Assembly: GCA_963768855.1 (NCBI GenBank)
Contig: CAVYJM010000010.1
Span: forward strand, 145,691-209,690
DNA length: 64,000 bases
Source of the DNA: an uncultured Thermoplasmata archaeon
Lineage (GTDB): Archaea > Thermoplasmatota > Thermoplasmata > RBG-16-68-12
Direction of reading: 5' to 3'
Part shown: one piece after another, positions 1 through 8,938 of the stretch
How the letters are laid out: each line of letters starts with the position of its first letter
Numbering within the stretch: the first letter of the stretch is position 1
The notes under the pieces: model-generated
The model's input: the letters and a program-made list of their open reading frames with translations, nothing else
Told to the model about the DNA's origin: nothing
The model's database searches: none
Made by a program: the position numbers and the translations under genes

Positions 1-1
1 C

Positions 2-607
2 GTCGACTTCCGCCTGGGGCGCACCCTTGTCATCGGCACCCTCCTCGGCGCGGTCCTGGGCACCTACGCCCACATCGGCTTCGTGGGCAAGGACGCGTTC
101 AAGGTCATCTTCGCAATCATCCTCGTCACCTTCGGCGCGGTCATGGTGCACGATTGGCTGAGGAACGCCCGCCCGGTCGACGAGGATGACGATTCGAAGG
201 TGAACCCCAAGCGGGTGGCCGGGACGACCGTCACGATGGTCGGCTCGGGCTTCCTCTCCGGACTCGCGGGCGTCGGCGGCGGGCTCCTGAACGTCCCGCT
301 GATCATCCTCCTCCTCGGCCGGAAGACACGCGTCGCGATCGGGACGTCGTCGTTCCTGATTGTCCCGACCGCCGCCCTGGGCTTCAGCCTGTACGTGTTC
401 GGTCGGTACCTCGGCTCGTCTTCGTTCTCCTGGCCCGAGGAGTTCATCCTGATCCCGATTCTCATGCCCTTCGTCTTCGTCGGGGCGCTCCTCGGCTCCC
501 GCCTGGGACTGGCGAAGCTGAAGACGCGCTCGGTCTCCCTGATCTTCATCCTCGTGATCTTCGTCGCGGCCGCCCAGATCCTCCTCGACATCCTCGGCAT
601 CCTGTGA
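2..607 (+). CDS. TauE/SafE (TSUP) family membrane transporter, 5'-truncated by the window edge
   Basis: Frame is open from base 2 (VDFRLGRTLVIGTLLGAVLG...). Hydrophobic helices with the GFLSGLAGVGGGLLNVP and AIGTS motifs typical of TSUP. Confidence 0.8.
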   Translation, partial: VDFRLGRTLVIGTLLGAVLGTYAHIGFVGKDAFKVIFAIILVTFGAVMVHDWLRNARPVDEDDDSKVNPKRVAGTTVTMVGSGFLSGLAGVGGGLLNVPLIILLLGRKTRVAIGTSSFLIVPTAALGFSLYVFGRYLGSSSFSWPEEFILIPILMPFVFVGALLGSRLGLAKLKTRSVSLIFILVIFVAAAQILLDILGIL

Positions 608-696
608 CGGGACGCATCGTCCACGCCGAGCGCCCTCCTTACAAAAGTGCCAAATAGCCGGCGATGGGTGCCCGCCATACCGGATTCAGGGATGGG

Positions 697-1971
697 ATGA
701 CCCGCGAGAACGGATCGCGGTGGTTCTACAGCTACCTACCGCAAGGCATCGCCGGCGGCGCGACGTCGCCCCTCATCCCGCTGTTCGCGTACGCGCTAGG
801 CGCGAGCCTCGGGGACGTCGGCATCATCGCCGCGGCCACGAGCATCGCGTCCGTCCCGGCTTTCATGCTCTGGGGCTCCCTCTCGGACCGGCTCAAGCAG
901 AGGAAAGCCTTCCTCATCCTCGGGTTCCTGGGGACCGCCGTCAGCCTCCTTGCGATGGGCGTCTGCTTCAACCTCGGCGAGTTCTATCTGGCCAACCTCC
1001 TCATCGGCTTCCTCGGAGCGGCGAGCGCCCCCGTGGGGGCCGTCCTCGTCATGGAGACGACGGAACGGCCCAGATGGCCCAACCGCCTCGCCTTCATGAG
1101 CCAGCTCACCGGGGTGGGCTACATCGTCGGCCTGAGCGTCGGAGCCTTGTGGCTCGTCATCGGCCCCACCGTGCTGGACACGGAGAGCGCCATGCGTGGC
1201 CTCTTCGTTATCGGGGCCGCGCTCGGCCTCCTCTCCGGTCTCCTCGCGGGCCTGTGGCTCAAGGAGCCGAAGGAGTACCTGGAGCGACGCTCGATCCATC
1301 TCGTCGACTCCCTGTTCCGGATCGAGCGAGTCAAGTTCCTGCCGATGCGGATGCTGCATTACCTGGATTTCCGGAACCACCACCGCGCGTCGAAGTTCTC
1401 CCCCTCGCTCCGGCTCTACCTGGCCTGCGTGTTCCTGCTGTTCAGCGGCTTCACCGCCTTCTACGCCTTCTTCCCGATCCTCCTGCAGCAGGTCTACGGG
1501 CTCTCGAACCCCGAGGTCTTCGCGGTCTACATCGCGAGCCAGATCGGTTCGGTGACTGCCTACGTCCGGGTGGGTCAATGGGTGCGGGACCGCGGCGGAC
1601 GGCGCACCCAGATCTACGCATCACTTGGCCGGACGGTCCTCTTCCCTGCGTTCCTGGTCCTCGGCCTCCTCTCCCTGTCCCCCGTGGCCATCCTGGCGGG
1701 GATCCTGCTCCTGCACGCTGCGGTCGGTCTCTGCTGGGCCCTCATCAACGTGTCCGGCTCGACCCTGGTGTCCGAGCTGGCTCCCGACGATGGCCGGGCG
1801 GAGGCCATGGGCGCATACAACGCGGTGCAAGGCTTCGGATCCATCCTCGGCCCTCTCCTCGGGGGCTTCGTCGCCGAGTTCTATGGCTACGCTCCAGGGA
1901 TTGCCGCGTGCGTCGCGTTCATCCTCGCCGGCGTTGCGATCCTCGCGTTGACCCGGTCCCTCGGGGACTGA
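697..1971 (+). CDS. Major facilitator superfamily transporter
   Basis: About 12 hydrophobic segments, MFS motif-A-like WGSLSDRLKQRK and C-terminal AEAMGAYNAVQGFGSILGPLLGG. ATG 664 is an alternative start. Confidence 0.85.
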   Translation: MTRENGSRWFYSYLPQGIAGGATSPLIPLFAYALGASLGDVGIIAAATSIASVPAFMLWGSLSDRLKQRKAFLILGFLGTAVSLLAMGVCFNLGEFYLANLLIGFLGAASAPVGAVLVMETTERPRWPNRLAFMSQLTGVGYIVGLSVGALWLVIGPTVLDTESAMRGLFVIGAALGLLSGLLAGLWLKEPKEYLERRSIHLVDSLFRIERVKFLPMRMLHYLDFRNHHRASKFSPSLRLYLACVFLLFSGFTAFYAFFPILLQQVYGLSNPEVFAVYIASQIGSVTAYVRVGQWVRDRGGRRTQIYASLGRTVLFPAFLVLGLLSLSPVAILAGILLLHAAVGLCWALINVSGSTLVSELAPDDGRAEAMGAYNAVQGFGSILGPLLGGFVAEFYGYAPGIAACVAFILAGVAILALTRSLGD

Positions 1972-1997
1972 GGGGGCCGCGGCCGGGCACATGGCCT

Positions 1998-2009
1998 CAA
2001 AGTACTTTG
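1998..2009. promoter_or_regulatory. Perfect 12-bp palindrome CAAAGTACTTTG upstream of the dehydrogenase-gabT pair
   Basis: Self-complementary sequence in the intergenic region, about 30 nt upstream of TATA-like GTTATCTA. Confidence 0.4.
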
Positions 2010-2082
2010 TGCAATTACCTCGTTCTTCCTCCGGGACAAGGCGTTATCTACCCTCCTGTCGTCAGGGTCCCACGGGTGTTCT

Positions 2083-3264
2083 ATGAAAGTGCTCATCCTA
2101 GGGGGATACGGGGCGATGGCGCAGTCCACCGTGCCCGATCTTCTCGAAAGCCCTGGTGTGCAGCGCGTAGGGATCGCAGGCAGGAACCTCGAGAAGGCGA
2201 AGGCCTTCGCGAACCTGTGGAAGGACGATCGTGCCGTGCCGATGAAGCTCGACGCGCGCGACAACGACGCGCTCAAGAAGGAGTTCAAGAACTGGGACGC
2301 GGTCATCAACAGCGCGTGGTACGACCTGAACGTCCCGATCATGGACTGCGCGATCAAGGCGGGCATTCACTACATCGACCTCGGCGGCCTGTACCACCAG
2401 GCCCTGCGCCAGCTCAAGATGGACAAGCAGGCGAAGGACGCTGGTGTCACGTGCATCCTCGGCATCGGCTCGACGCCCGGCACGATGAACGTGATGGGCA
2501 TGTACGGCGCGAGCAAGCTGGACAAGGTCCACAAGATGATGCTCCGCAGCAGCGGCATCACCGTTGAGGGAGGGGAGCCCGGGAAGTTCGTCGTGCCCTA
2601 CGCGGTCCGCACGATCTTCGACGAGTTCTCGATGGACGCCCCGATCCTGCGGGACGGGAAGATCAAGTTCGTCCCCGCCCTGACGGGCCTTGAGGTATCC
2701 GAGTTCCAGGCCCCGGTCGGCAAGGTCGAGGGCTACTACACGATCCACTCGGAGCTCGCGACGATGCCGCAGACGATCGGGAAGGGCATCAAGGAGCTCG
2801 ACTTCATCGTCGCCTTCCCGCACGAGTTCACCTCGACGATTGCCACCATCGTCCGCCTGGGCCTCGCGACCCGCCAGGAGCACGTCGTCGAGGGCCAGAA
2901 GGTCCGGCCGTACGACGTGACGTCGACGATCATCGACGACCTCCCGAAGCCGAAGGAGCCCGAGAAGGACCTCGACATCCAGCGCGTCGTGATCTGGGGC
3001 GAGAAGGACGGGAACCCGGTCACGCTCCGGTACGAGGCGGCGACCTGGCCGCACAAGAAGTGGAACGTCGGCGGCGGGACCGTGGACACGGGCGTGCCGC
3101 CCTCCATTGCGGCCCAGTGGATCCTGAGGAAGAAGACCAAGGTCACCGGTGCGATCCCGCCGGAAGTGGCGTTCGATCCGATCCCCTACTTCAAGGACCT
3201 GAACAGCCAGGGACGCGGGATTGTCGTCACCGAATTCGCGGAGACGACGAAGAAGCTGAGCTAG
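2083..3264 (+). CDS. Saccharopine dehydrogenase / lysine 6-dehydrogenase-like NAD(P)-dependent oxidoreductase
   Basis: N-terminal Rossmann MKVLILGGYGAMA; HYIDLGG and GIGSTPG motifs of the family. Confidence 0.85.
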   Translation: MKVLILGGYGAMAQSTVPDLLESPGVQRVGIAGRNLEKAKAFANLWKDDRAVPMKLDARDNDALKKEFKNWDAVINSAWYDLNVPIMDCAIKAGIHYIDLGGLYHQALRQLKMDKQAKDAGVTCILGIGSTPGTMNVMGMYGASKLDKVHKMMLRSSGITVEGGEPGKFVVPYAVRTIFDEFSMDAPILRDGKIKFVPALTGLEVSEFQAPVGKVEGYYTIHSELATMPQTIGKGIKELDFIVAFPHEFTSTIATIVRLGLATRQEHVVEGQKVRPYDVTSTIIDDLPKPKEPEKDLDIQRVVIWGEKDGNPVTLRYEAATWPHKKWNVGGGTVDTGVPPSIAAQWILRKKTKVTGAIPPEVAFDPIPYFKDLNSQGRGIVVTEFAETTKKLS

Positions 3265-3283
3265 ACGCCATCGAGATGATCTC

Positions 3284-4597
3284 ATGCCTGCCAAGGGCAA
3301 GTCTGCAGAGGAACGGCTCAAGGAGCGAGACGAGTACATTCCGAAGTCCGTGCGCACGGGCACGCCGATCTTCATCGACCATGCGAAGGGCGCCAAGATC
3401 GTCGATGTGGACGGCAAGGAGTACATCGACTTCACGGGAGGCATCGGCGTCCTGAACACGGGACACCTGCCCGACGCGGTCACGGACGCCGTGCGGGCCC
3501 AGCTGGACAAGTACCTCCACCTGTGCTTCATGGTCGTGAACTACGAGCCCTACATCGAGCTCTCCAAGCGGCTCCGGCCCACCCTGCCGTTCGAGCGGGG
3601 CAAGACGGCGTTTTTCAACAGCGGCGCCGAGGCCGTGGAGAACGCGGTCAAGATCAGCCGGGCCGTCACGAAGCGGCCGAACGTGATCACCTTCCAGAAC
3701 TCGTTCCATGGCCGCACCCTGCTCACCCTGACCATGACGGGCAAGTACCAGCCGTACAAGGTGAACTTCGAGCCCTTCGTGCCCCACGTGTATCAAGTGC
3801 CGTTCGCGTACTGCTACCGCTGCCCGATGAAACTCTCGTACCCCGAGTGTGGCGTCGCCTGCCTGCAGTACATCGACGACCTCTTCCGCGCCGAGGCGCC
3901 CGCGGATAAGACGGCCTGCATCGTCGCGGAGCCCATCCAGGGCGAGGGCGGATTCGTCGTGCCCCCGAAGGAGTATTGGCAGGGGCTGCGGAAAATCACG
4001 AAGGACAACGGCATCCTGTTCGTAGACGACGAAGTCCAGGCCGGCATGGGCCGCACCGGGAAGTTCTGGGCCACGGAGCACTTCGGGGTGAAGCCGGACC
4101 TGATCACCTCCGCGAAGGCGCTTGGCGGCGGTCTTCCTCTGAGCGCCGTCTCGGGCCCCGCCGACCTGATGGACATCCCCGTCCCCGGGTCGATTGGAGG
4201 CACGTTCGGCGGGAATCCGCTCGCCTGCGTGGCCGCGATTGCGAACCTCGGGTTGATTCAGAAGAGTCTCTCGAACGCCGCCGAGCTAGGCCGGATGATC
4301 GAGAAGCGGTTCAAGGAAATGGCGGAGGACCACGCGTGGATCGGCGACATCCGCGGCCTCGGGGCGATGCGGGCTATCGAGCTCGTGAAGGACCGGAAGA
4401 CGAAGGAGCCCGCGAAGGACGAGACGAACGCAATCATCGCGGAGGCGCGTGGCCGCGGCGGCCTGTTCCTCTCCGCCGGATGGTACGGGAACGTAATCCG
4501 CCTCCTGCCCCCGCTGAACATGGCGAAGGACGCCCTCGCCGAGGGACTCGACATGCTCGACGCGTCCTTCTCGGTCGTCGAGAAGAAGGTCGCCTGA
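3284..4597 (+). CDS. gabT: Class III PLP aminotransferase, 4-aminobutyrate transaminase-like
   Basis: DVDGKEYIDFTGGIGV, NSGAEAVENAVK, EPIQGEGG, DEVQAGMGRTG, PLP lysine in SAKALGGGLP, GGTFGGNP. Confidence 0.85.
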   Translation: MPAKGKSAEERLKERDEYIPKSVRTGTPIFIDHAKGAKIVDVDGKEYIDFTGGIGVLNTGHLPDAVTDAVRAQLDKYLHLCFMVVNYEPYIELSKRLRPTLPFERGKTAFFNSGAEAVENAVKISRAVTKRPNVITFQNSFHGRTLLTLTMTGKYQPYKVNFEPFVPHVYQVPFAYCYRCPMKLSYPECGVACLQYIDDLFRAEAPADKTACIVAEPIQGEGGFVVPPKEYWQGLRKITKDNGILFVDDEVQAGMGRTGKFWATEHFGVKPDLITSAKALGGGLPLSAVSGPADLMDIPVPGSIGGTFGGNPLACVAAIANLGLIQKSLSNAAELGRMIEKRFKEMAEDHAWIGDIRGLGAMRAIELVKDRKTKEPAKDETNAIIAEARGRGGLFLSAGWYGNVIRLLPPLNMAKDALAEGLDMLDASFSVVEKKVA

Positions 4598-4626
4598 GCT
4601 GGCCTCAGGTCGTCGCGCGTTCGGTT

Positions 4627-4650
4627 CGAGGGAGCGCTCACGCTCCCTCG
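4627..4650. terminator. 10-bp perfect hairpin between the convergent aminotransferase genes
   Basis: CGAGGGAGCG-CTCA-CGCTCCCTCG. Confidence 0.55.
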
Positions 4651-4682
4651 TTCACCACGCTCCGATTCGGCTCGACCCGACA

Positions 4683-6137
4683 TCACACGCTGGGCGGGAT
4701 CGGGGCCTCGCCGTACACCACGGCCTGCGCGTTGACGGCCTGGACCTGGACGCTCGGGGCCCGGGCCTTCTGCCGGCGGACCTCTTTCGCGACCGCCGCA
4801 AACCCGTTGTCCGCGACCTCGAGGGCCCACTCGATGTCCTCTTCCGTGTGCTCCGTGCAGATGAAGGCCCGCTCCGCGGCCTGCGGGATCCCGAACAGGA
4901 CGTTGTTCCCGAGGCAGTGAATGAACCAGTTCCACCAGCGCTTCGTGTTCACGTCGAGGGTGTCGCGGAAGTCGCGGATCTCGTCCTTCGTCGTGAAGTA
5001 GACGTTCCCGATGGACCCGACGTACTCGACCCAGGCTGGAAGACGCCGGTCGTCCGCGAGGTCCTGGAGGCCGCTGTAGAGCTGCCGTCCGAGGGAGTTC
5101 ACATGGTCGTAGTACTCCGGGTGGGCCTCGAGGATCTGAAGGGCCTTGAGGCCCGCCGCGACGCTGACCGGATGCCCGTTGTACGTGCCCGCGTGGAAGG
5201 TCCCGTGGCGCCAGCCCTTGCCCGGCTCGAGGACGTCCATGATCTGCGCCTCGCCGCCGATGCCCGCGAGCTGGAAGCCGCCGCCCGCGATCTTCCCGAA
5301 GCACACGAGGTCGGGACGGACATCGTAGTACTCGGCCGCGCCGCCATACGCCAGGCGGAAGCCGGTGAGGACCTCATCGAAGATGAGGACGATCCCGAGC
5401 TTGCGGGTGAGGTGACGGATCTTCTTCAGGTAGTTGTTCTTGGGAGCGATGACACCGGGTCCACAGAGGACCGGCTCGACGATGAACCCGCCGATCTCGT
5501 CCACGCCGTTCTCGAGGATCTCTGCGGTCGTGTCGTAGTCGTTGTACGGGACGATCGCCATCGTCTCCGCGATCGCCTTCGGGATCCCCTTCCCGTAGGT
5601 CACGGGCTGGTATCCGTTCATGCGCCGCGCGGTGCGGGCGTCCATGTCGAGGCTCATGAGCGCATAGTCGTTCGCGCCATGGTACGCGCCCTCGATCTTC
5701 GCGATCTTGTCCTTCCCCGTGTAGGCTCGGGCGACCCGCATCGCGTGCATCGTCGCCTCCGTCCCGCTGTTCGCGAGGCGGACCTTCTTCATCCATGGCA
5801 TCGCCTTCTGGATTTGCTGGATGTATTCCGGGAACAGCTCGGTCGTGATGCCCATCATCGAGCCGGACTCGAGCTGCTTGATCACTTCGAGGGCAATGTC
5901 GCGGTTGTTGTGGCCGAGGAGGAGGGCGCCGAACCCCATCATGAAGTCGAGGATCTTGTTGCCGTCCACGTCGTAGATGTACCCGCCGTCTCCGTAATCC
6001 GCGAAGAACGGATGCGGACGGAAGAAGCGGATGTTGCTCTCGACGCCGCCGGGCGATAGCTTCGCGGCACGCTTCCAGAGCTGGGCGCTCTTCTTGTGCC
6101 TCGTCAGGTACTTCCGGCTGAACTTCTGGGACGGCAT
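4683..6137 (-). CDS. Class III aminotransferase of the glutamate-1-semialdehyde aminomutase (HemL)-like clade
   Basis: GGVESNIR, DVDGNKILDF, NSGTEATMHAMRVARAYTG, FDEVLTGFR, GKIAGGG, GTYNGHP. Start ATG 6137 follows SD GAGGGTGA. No other hem genes nearby, so substrate is uncertain. Confidence 0.8.
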   Translation of the reverse strand: MPSQKFSRKYLTRHKKSAQLWKRAAKLSPGGVESNIRFFRPHPFFADYGDGGYIYDVDGNKILDFMMGFGALLLGHNNRDIALEVIKQLESGSMMGITTELFPEYIQQIQKAMPWMKKVRLANSGTEATMHAMRVARAYTGKDKIAKIEGAYHGANDYALMSLDMDARTARRMNGYQPVTYGKGIPKAIAETMAIVPYNDYDTTAEILENGVDEIGGFIVEPVLCGPGVIAPKNNYLKKIRHLTRKLGIVLIFDEVLTGFRLAYGGAAEYYDVRPDLVCFGKIAGGGFQLAGIGGEAQIMDVLEPGKGWRHGTFHAGTYNGHPVSVAAGLKALQILEAHPEYYDHVNSLGRQLYSGLQDLADDRRLPAWVEYVGSIGNVYFTTKDEIRDFRDTLDVNTKRWWNWFIHCLGNNVLFGIPQAAERAFICTEHTEEDIEWALEVADNGFAAVAKEVRRQKARAPSVQVQAVNAQAVVYGEAPIPPSV

Positions 6138-6143
6138 GGGATC

Positions 6144-6255
6144 ACCCTCAAGCGAAAATCCGCCCGGCCCACGGCCGGACCCGAGTTTCGGCAGGATGCG
6201 CCGGGACCGTGTCCGTTGCGACACGGGCCTCCGTCGGACCCCGGTTCGCTTGGGT
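6144..6255 (-). promoter_or_regulatory. Highly structured 5' leader (candidate riboswitch-like cis-regulatory RNA) that pairs with the SD
   Basis: ACCC-AAGCGAA / TTCGCTT-GA-GGGT closing stem enclosing two branched arms (see findings). Confidence 0.55.
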
Positions 6256-6358
6256 AGGTCATGATTGCCTGGAAACTATGAATAGGTTTCGTACTTAGGC
6301 GGGGGTTCATATATCCAAACGAAATACGCATAAAATTATATGTCGGAGCTAAATCGAT

Positions 6359-6367
6359 TGTCCGACA
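6359..6367. promoter_or_regulatory. Palindrome TGTCCGACA, putative transcription factor site
   Basis: Identical copy at 28686-28694 and a TGTCAGACA variant at 24990-24998; all three are intergenic. Confidence 0.4.
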
Positions 6368-6542
6368 GTTGTCGGGCGTCCGTGCTACAACCGAGCTTAT
6401 AACCTTCATAAGGCCCACGTACAAAGAGCGTCACGGAAGGCCAGAAGGGCCGCGGTCCCGACCCGGCCGCGTTTCCGGTTGAACGTACAGACTTGTACTT
6501 CGGGTCCGCGTATGTTCCTGCACGCTTGCAGGCGTCGGAGGA

Positions 6543-6627
6543 TGCGTGGGGCAGGATTTGAACCTGCGAACCCCTACGAGACAGGATCCTGAGCCCTGCG
6601 CCTTTGACCAAGCTTGGCAACCCACGC
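6543..6627 (-). tRNA. trnL: tRNA-Leu(CAG)
   Basis: Reverse complement GCGTGGG...CCCACGC-A acceptor stem, anticodon arm CAGGG-CTCAGGA-TCCTG, long variable arm, GGTTCAAATCC T-loop. No encoded CCA. Confidence 0.95.
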
Positions 6628-6739
6628 ACGGAACGGTCGGTGGCGAACAGGCGGAGCCGTAATAAAGTTGCGGTGGACGCACCGGGTCCAGGGCTTCCCA
6701 TCGATAGCTCCATATCGCCGCGGCTGTAATGCGCAACGC

Positions 6740-7246
6740 ATGTTCCAGAAGCGGGAAGTTCATTTCGTGGCGGGCTCGAAGCCGGCTGATCTCTGGCCCA
6801 AGGTGTGGGACTGGTGGGCGCGCCAGGGGTTCCAGCTGTCCCAGTCGGGCCCCTATTCGATGCGCGGCACCTCGGTCTCCAGCAACATCGGCCTCCGCCG
6901 CGAGTTCTGGCTCATCCTCTCGGAGGCGGCCAACGGCGCGAATGTCGACCTATCCCTCAACGCGCAGATCACGGACGAGGGCCTCGTCGTGGGCGCTGTC
7001 TCCGCGGTCGTCTTCTGGCCCATCGCGGTGGTCGGCGGGGCGATCTCCTACTCTGAATACGAGACGGACGCCCGCAACCTGATGATCGCGTTCTGGCAGT
7101 CCTTGTACTCCACGGCTGCCCCGCCGGGATCCGGGCCTGCGAGCCCAATGTCCCTCCCACCGCCCTGCACGAGCTGCGGAGCCGCCCTGCTGCCCGATTG
7201 GAAGGTGTGCCCGTACTGCGGCCGCGCGCGGCCGAGCTCGACGTGA
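6740..7246 (+). CDS. Hypothetical protein with one TM segment and a C-terminal Zn ribbon
   Basis: CTSC...CPYC at the C-terminus and a hydrophobic GLVVGAVSAVVFWPIAVVGG segment. The 6614 start in the track overlaps the tRNA, so ATG 6740 is used. Confidence 0.7.
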   Translation: MFQKREVHFVAGSKPADLWPKVWDWWARQGFQLSQSGPYSMRGTSVSSNIGLRREFWLILSEAANGANVDLSLNAQITDEGLVVGAVSAVVFWPIAVVGGAISYSEYETDARNLMIAFWQSLYSTAAPPGSGPASPMSLPPPCTSCGAALLPDWKVCPYCGRARPSST

Positions 7247-7256
7247 CCTGCTGCGC

Positions 7257-7475
7257 TCAGCGCGCGCGTCGCATGATCTTCATCCAGCCGCCCGACTCGT
7301 AGACCTGGAGCCGTCGCCTCGACAAGGCCTCGCGGAACTCATCCCAGGAGATGACTTCGAGCCGGGCGTTGCGCCCTTTCGTGAACTGGATGCCGTGGGT
7401 GCCCTTGACGCGTCCTGGTTTCAGTCCCTTCTTCTTCGCCTTCTCGATCGCGGACTCGACGCTGATGGGTTCCAT
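7257..7475 (-). CDS. Small basic hypothetical protein
   Basis: MEPISVESAIEKAKKKGLKPGRVKG...YESGGWMKIM with high-GC3 codon usage; start uncertain (7475 or 7526). Confidence 0.6.
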   Translation of the reverse strand: MEPISVESAIEKAKKKGLKPGRVKGTHGIQFTKGRNARLEVISWDEFREALSRRRLQVYESGGWMKIMRRAR

Positions 7476-7633
7476 GACCACGGAAATCCCTCTGACGCCC
7501 GACGAGAGCCTCTCTCCGTTGCCCATCGGACGGTCTCTATATAATTCTTTCATTATAAAATCCCCCGGCATCTCCCATGAGGGGGACCGGCGTTCGCGAA
7601 GGGCTTTCTATCCGCGCCCCGGTATCCGGTCGG

Positions 7634-8938
7634 ATGGCCCGCTTCGGATCGTCTGGAATCCGGGGACTCGCCAATGTCGAGGTCACGCCCCAGCTCGCCC
7701 TTCAAGTGGGCCAGGTCGCCGGCGAGCTCTACGGCTCTGTGATCGTCGGGCGGGACCCGCGGACGAGCGGACCGATGCTCGCGTCCGCCCTGATCGCGGG
7801 CGTCCTCTCCTCGGGCGCGGATGCGATCGACGCCGGGCTCGTCTCCACGCCGACCCTCGCCCGCGGAGCCGCGGAGTACGGATGCGGGGTCGAGATCACC
7901 GCGTCCCACAACCCCGCCCCATACAACGGGATCAAGCTCTGGAACCCCGACGGCATGGCGTTCGATGAGACGCAACAGGACGAGATCGAGAAGGCCTTGG
8001 ACGCGGGCCGATTCCGCTCGTCGGGGTGGGATCAGGTCGGTCGGCTGTCCTCCCGGGACGATCTCGTCGCCGAGCACATCGACGCGATCCTCGCCGAGAT
8101 CGGCCCGGTGAAGCTCCGGGTCGTCGTCGACTGCGCTTGCGGGGCCACGACCACGATCACGCCGTTCCTCCTGCGCCGGATGGGGTGCGAGGTGATCGCC
8201 CTCAACGCCCAGCCGGACGGCCACTTCCCGGGCCGCGAACCCGAGCCCACGGAGGAGAACCTGGGCCTCCTGAAGAGCACGGTCCGGAACGTGCACGCGG
8301 ACCTCGGGATCGCGCATGACGGCGACGGGGACCGGATGGTCGCCGTCGATCAGGACGGGACGTACCTGGGTGGCGACTCCTTGCTCGCCCTCTTTGCGAA
8401 ACAGGAGGTCCGCCGTTCGCTCGTGGTCCCCGTGGACGCCTCGATGGTCCTCGAGGACCTCCTCCCGAAGGCGACGATCTACCGCACCCGCGTCGGAGAC
8501 GTCTACGTCGCCGGGGAGCTCAAGCGCCGCGGCGCCGACTTCGGCGGCGAGCCTTCCGGCACCTGGATTTTCCCCAAGGCTACGCTCTGTCCCGACGGCG
8601 TGTACGCCGCCGCGCGGCTGGTCAAGATGGCCTCGGAGTCCTCGCTGACCGCAGCGGTTCGGGCGATTCCCCGCTACCCGATGCTCCGCGGTGCCGTGGC
8701 GTTCGAGCGCTCTCGACGCGCCCAGGTCGAGGCGAACCTGGACACGGCGCTGCGGGGCCTCGGCGCCGACGTCACGACCGTGGACGGCTGGCGACTCCGG
8801 TGGGACGACGGCTGGGCTCTCGTGCGGCTCTCCGGGACGGAGCCGAAAATCCGTGTGCAGGCGGAGTCGCGCGACGCGGCCAGAGCAAAGGCGATATATG
8901 CCACGGCCCTATCGAGCGCGCAGGGCGCGGCCACATGA
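7634..8938 (+). CDS. glmM: Phosphoglucosamine mutase / phosphohexomutase
   Basis: FGSSGIRG, catalytic ITASHNP, metal site DGDGDR, FGGEPSG, RLSGTEPKIR. Confidence 0.9.
   Translation: MARFGSSGIRGLANVEVTPQLALQVGQVAGELYGSVIVGRDPRTSGPMLASALIAGVLSSGADAIDAGLVSTPTLARGAAEYGCGVEITASHNPAPYNGIKLWNPDGMAFDETQQDEIEKALDAGRFRSSGWDQVGRLSSRDDLVAEHIDAILAEIGPVKLRVVVDCACGATTTITPFLLRRMGCEVIALNAQPDGHFPGREPEPTEENLGLLKSTVRNVHADLGIAHDGDGDRMVAVDQDGTYLGGDSLLALFAKQEVRRSLVVPVDASMVLEDLLPKATIYRTRVGDVYVAGELKRRGADFGGEPSGTWIFPKATLCPDGVYAAARLVKMASESSLTAAVRAIPRYPMLRGAVAFERSRRAQVEANLDTALRGLGADVTTVDGWRLRWDDGWALVRLSGTEPKIRVQAESRDAARAKAIYATALSSAQGAAT

Noticed and set aside
6144-6265. SAM-I-like words (GGAGG.CCCG, GCAAC, ATCCTGC) in the aminotransferase leader
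   Set aside because: No kink-turn/pseudoknot P2 or AUC.AGAG/GAUG P1 core, so it was not called SAM-I; it is kept as an unknown structure.
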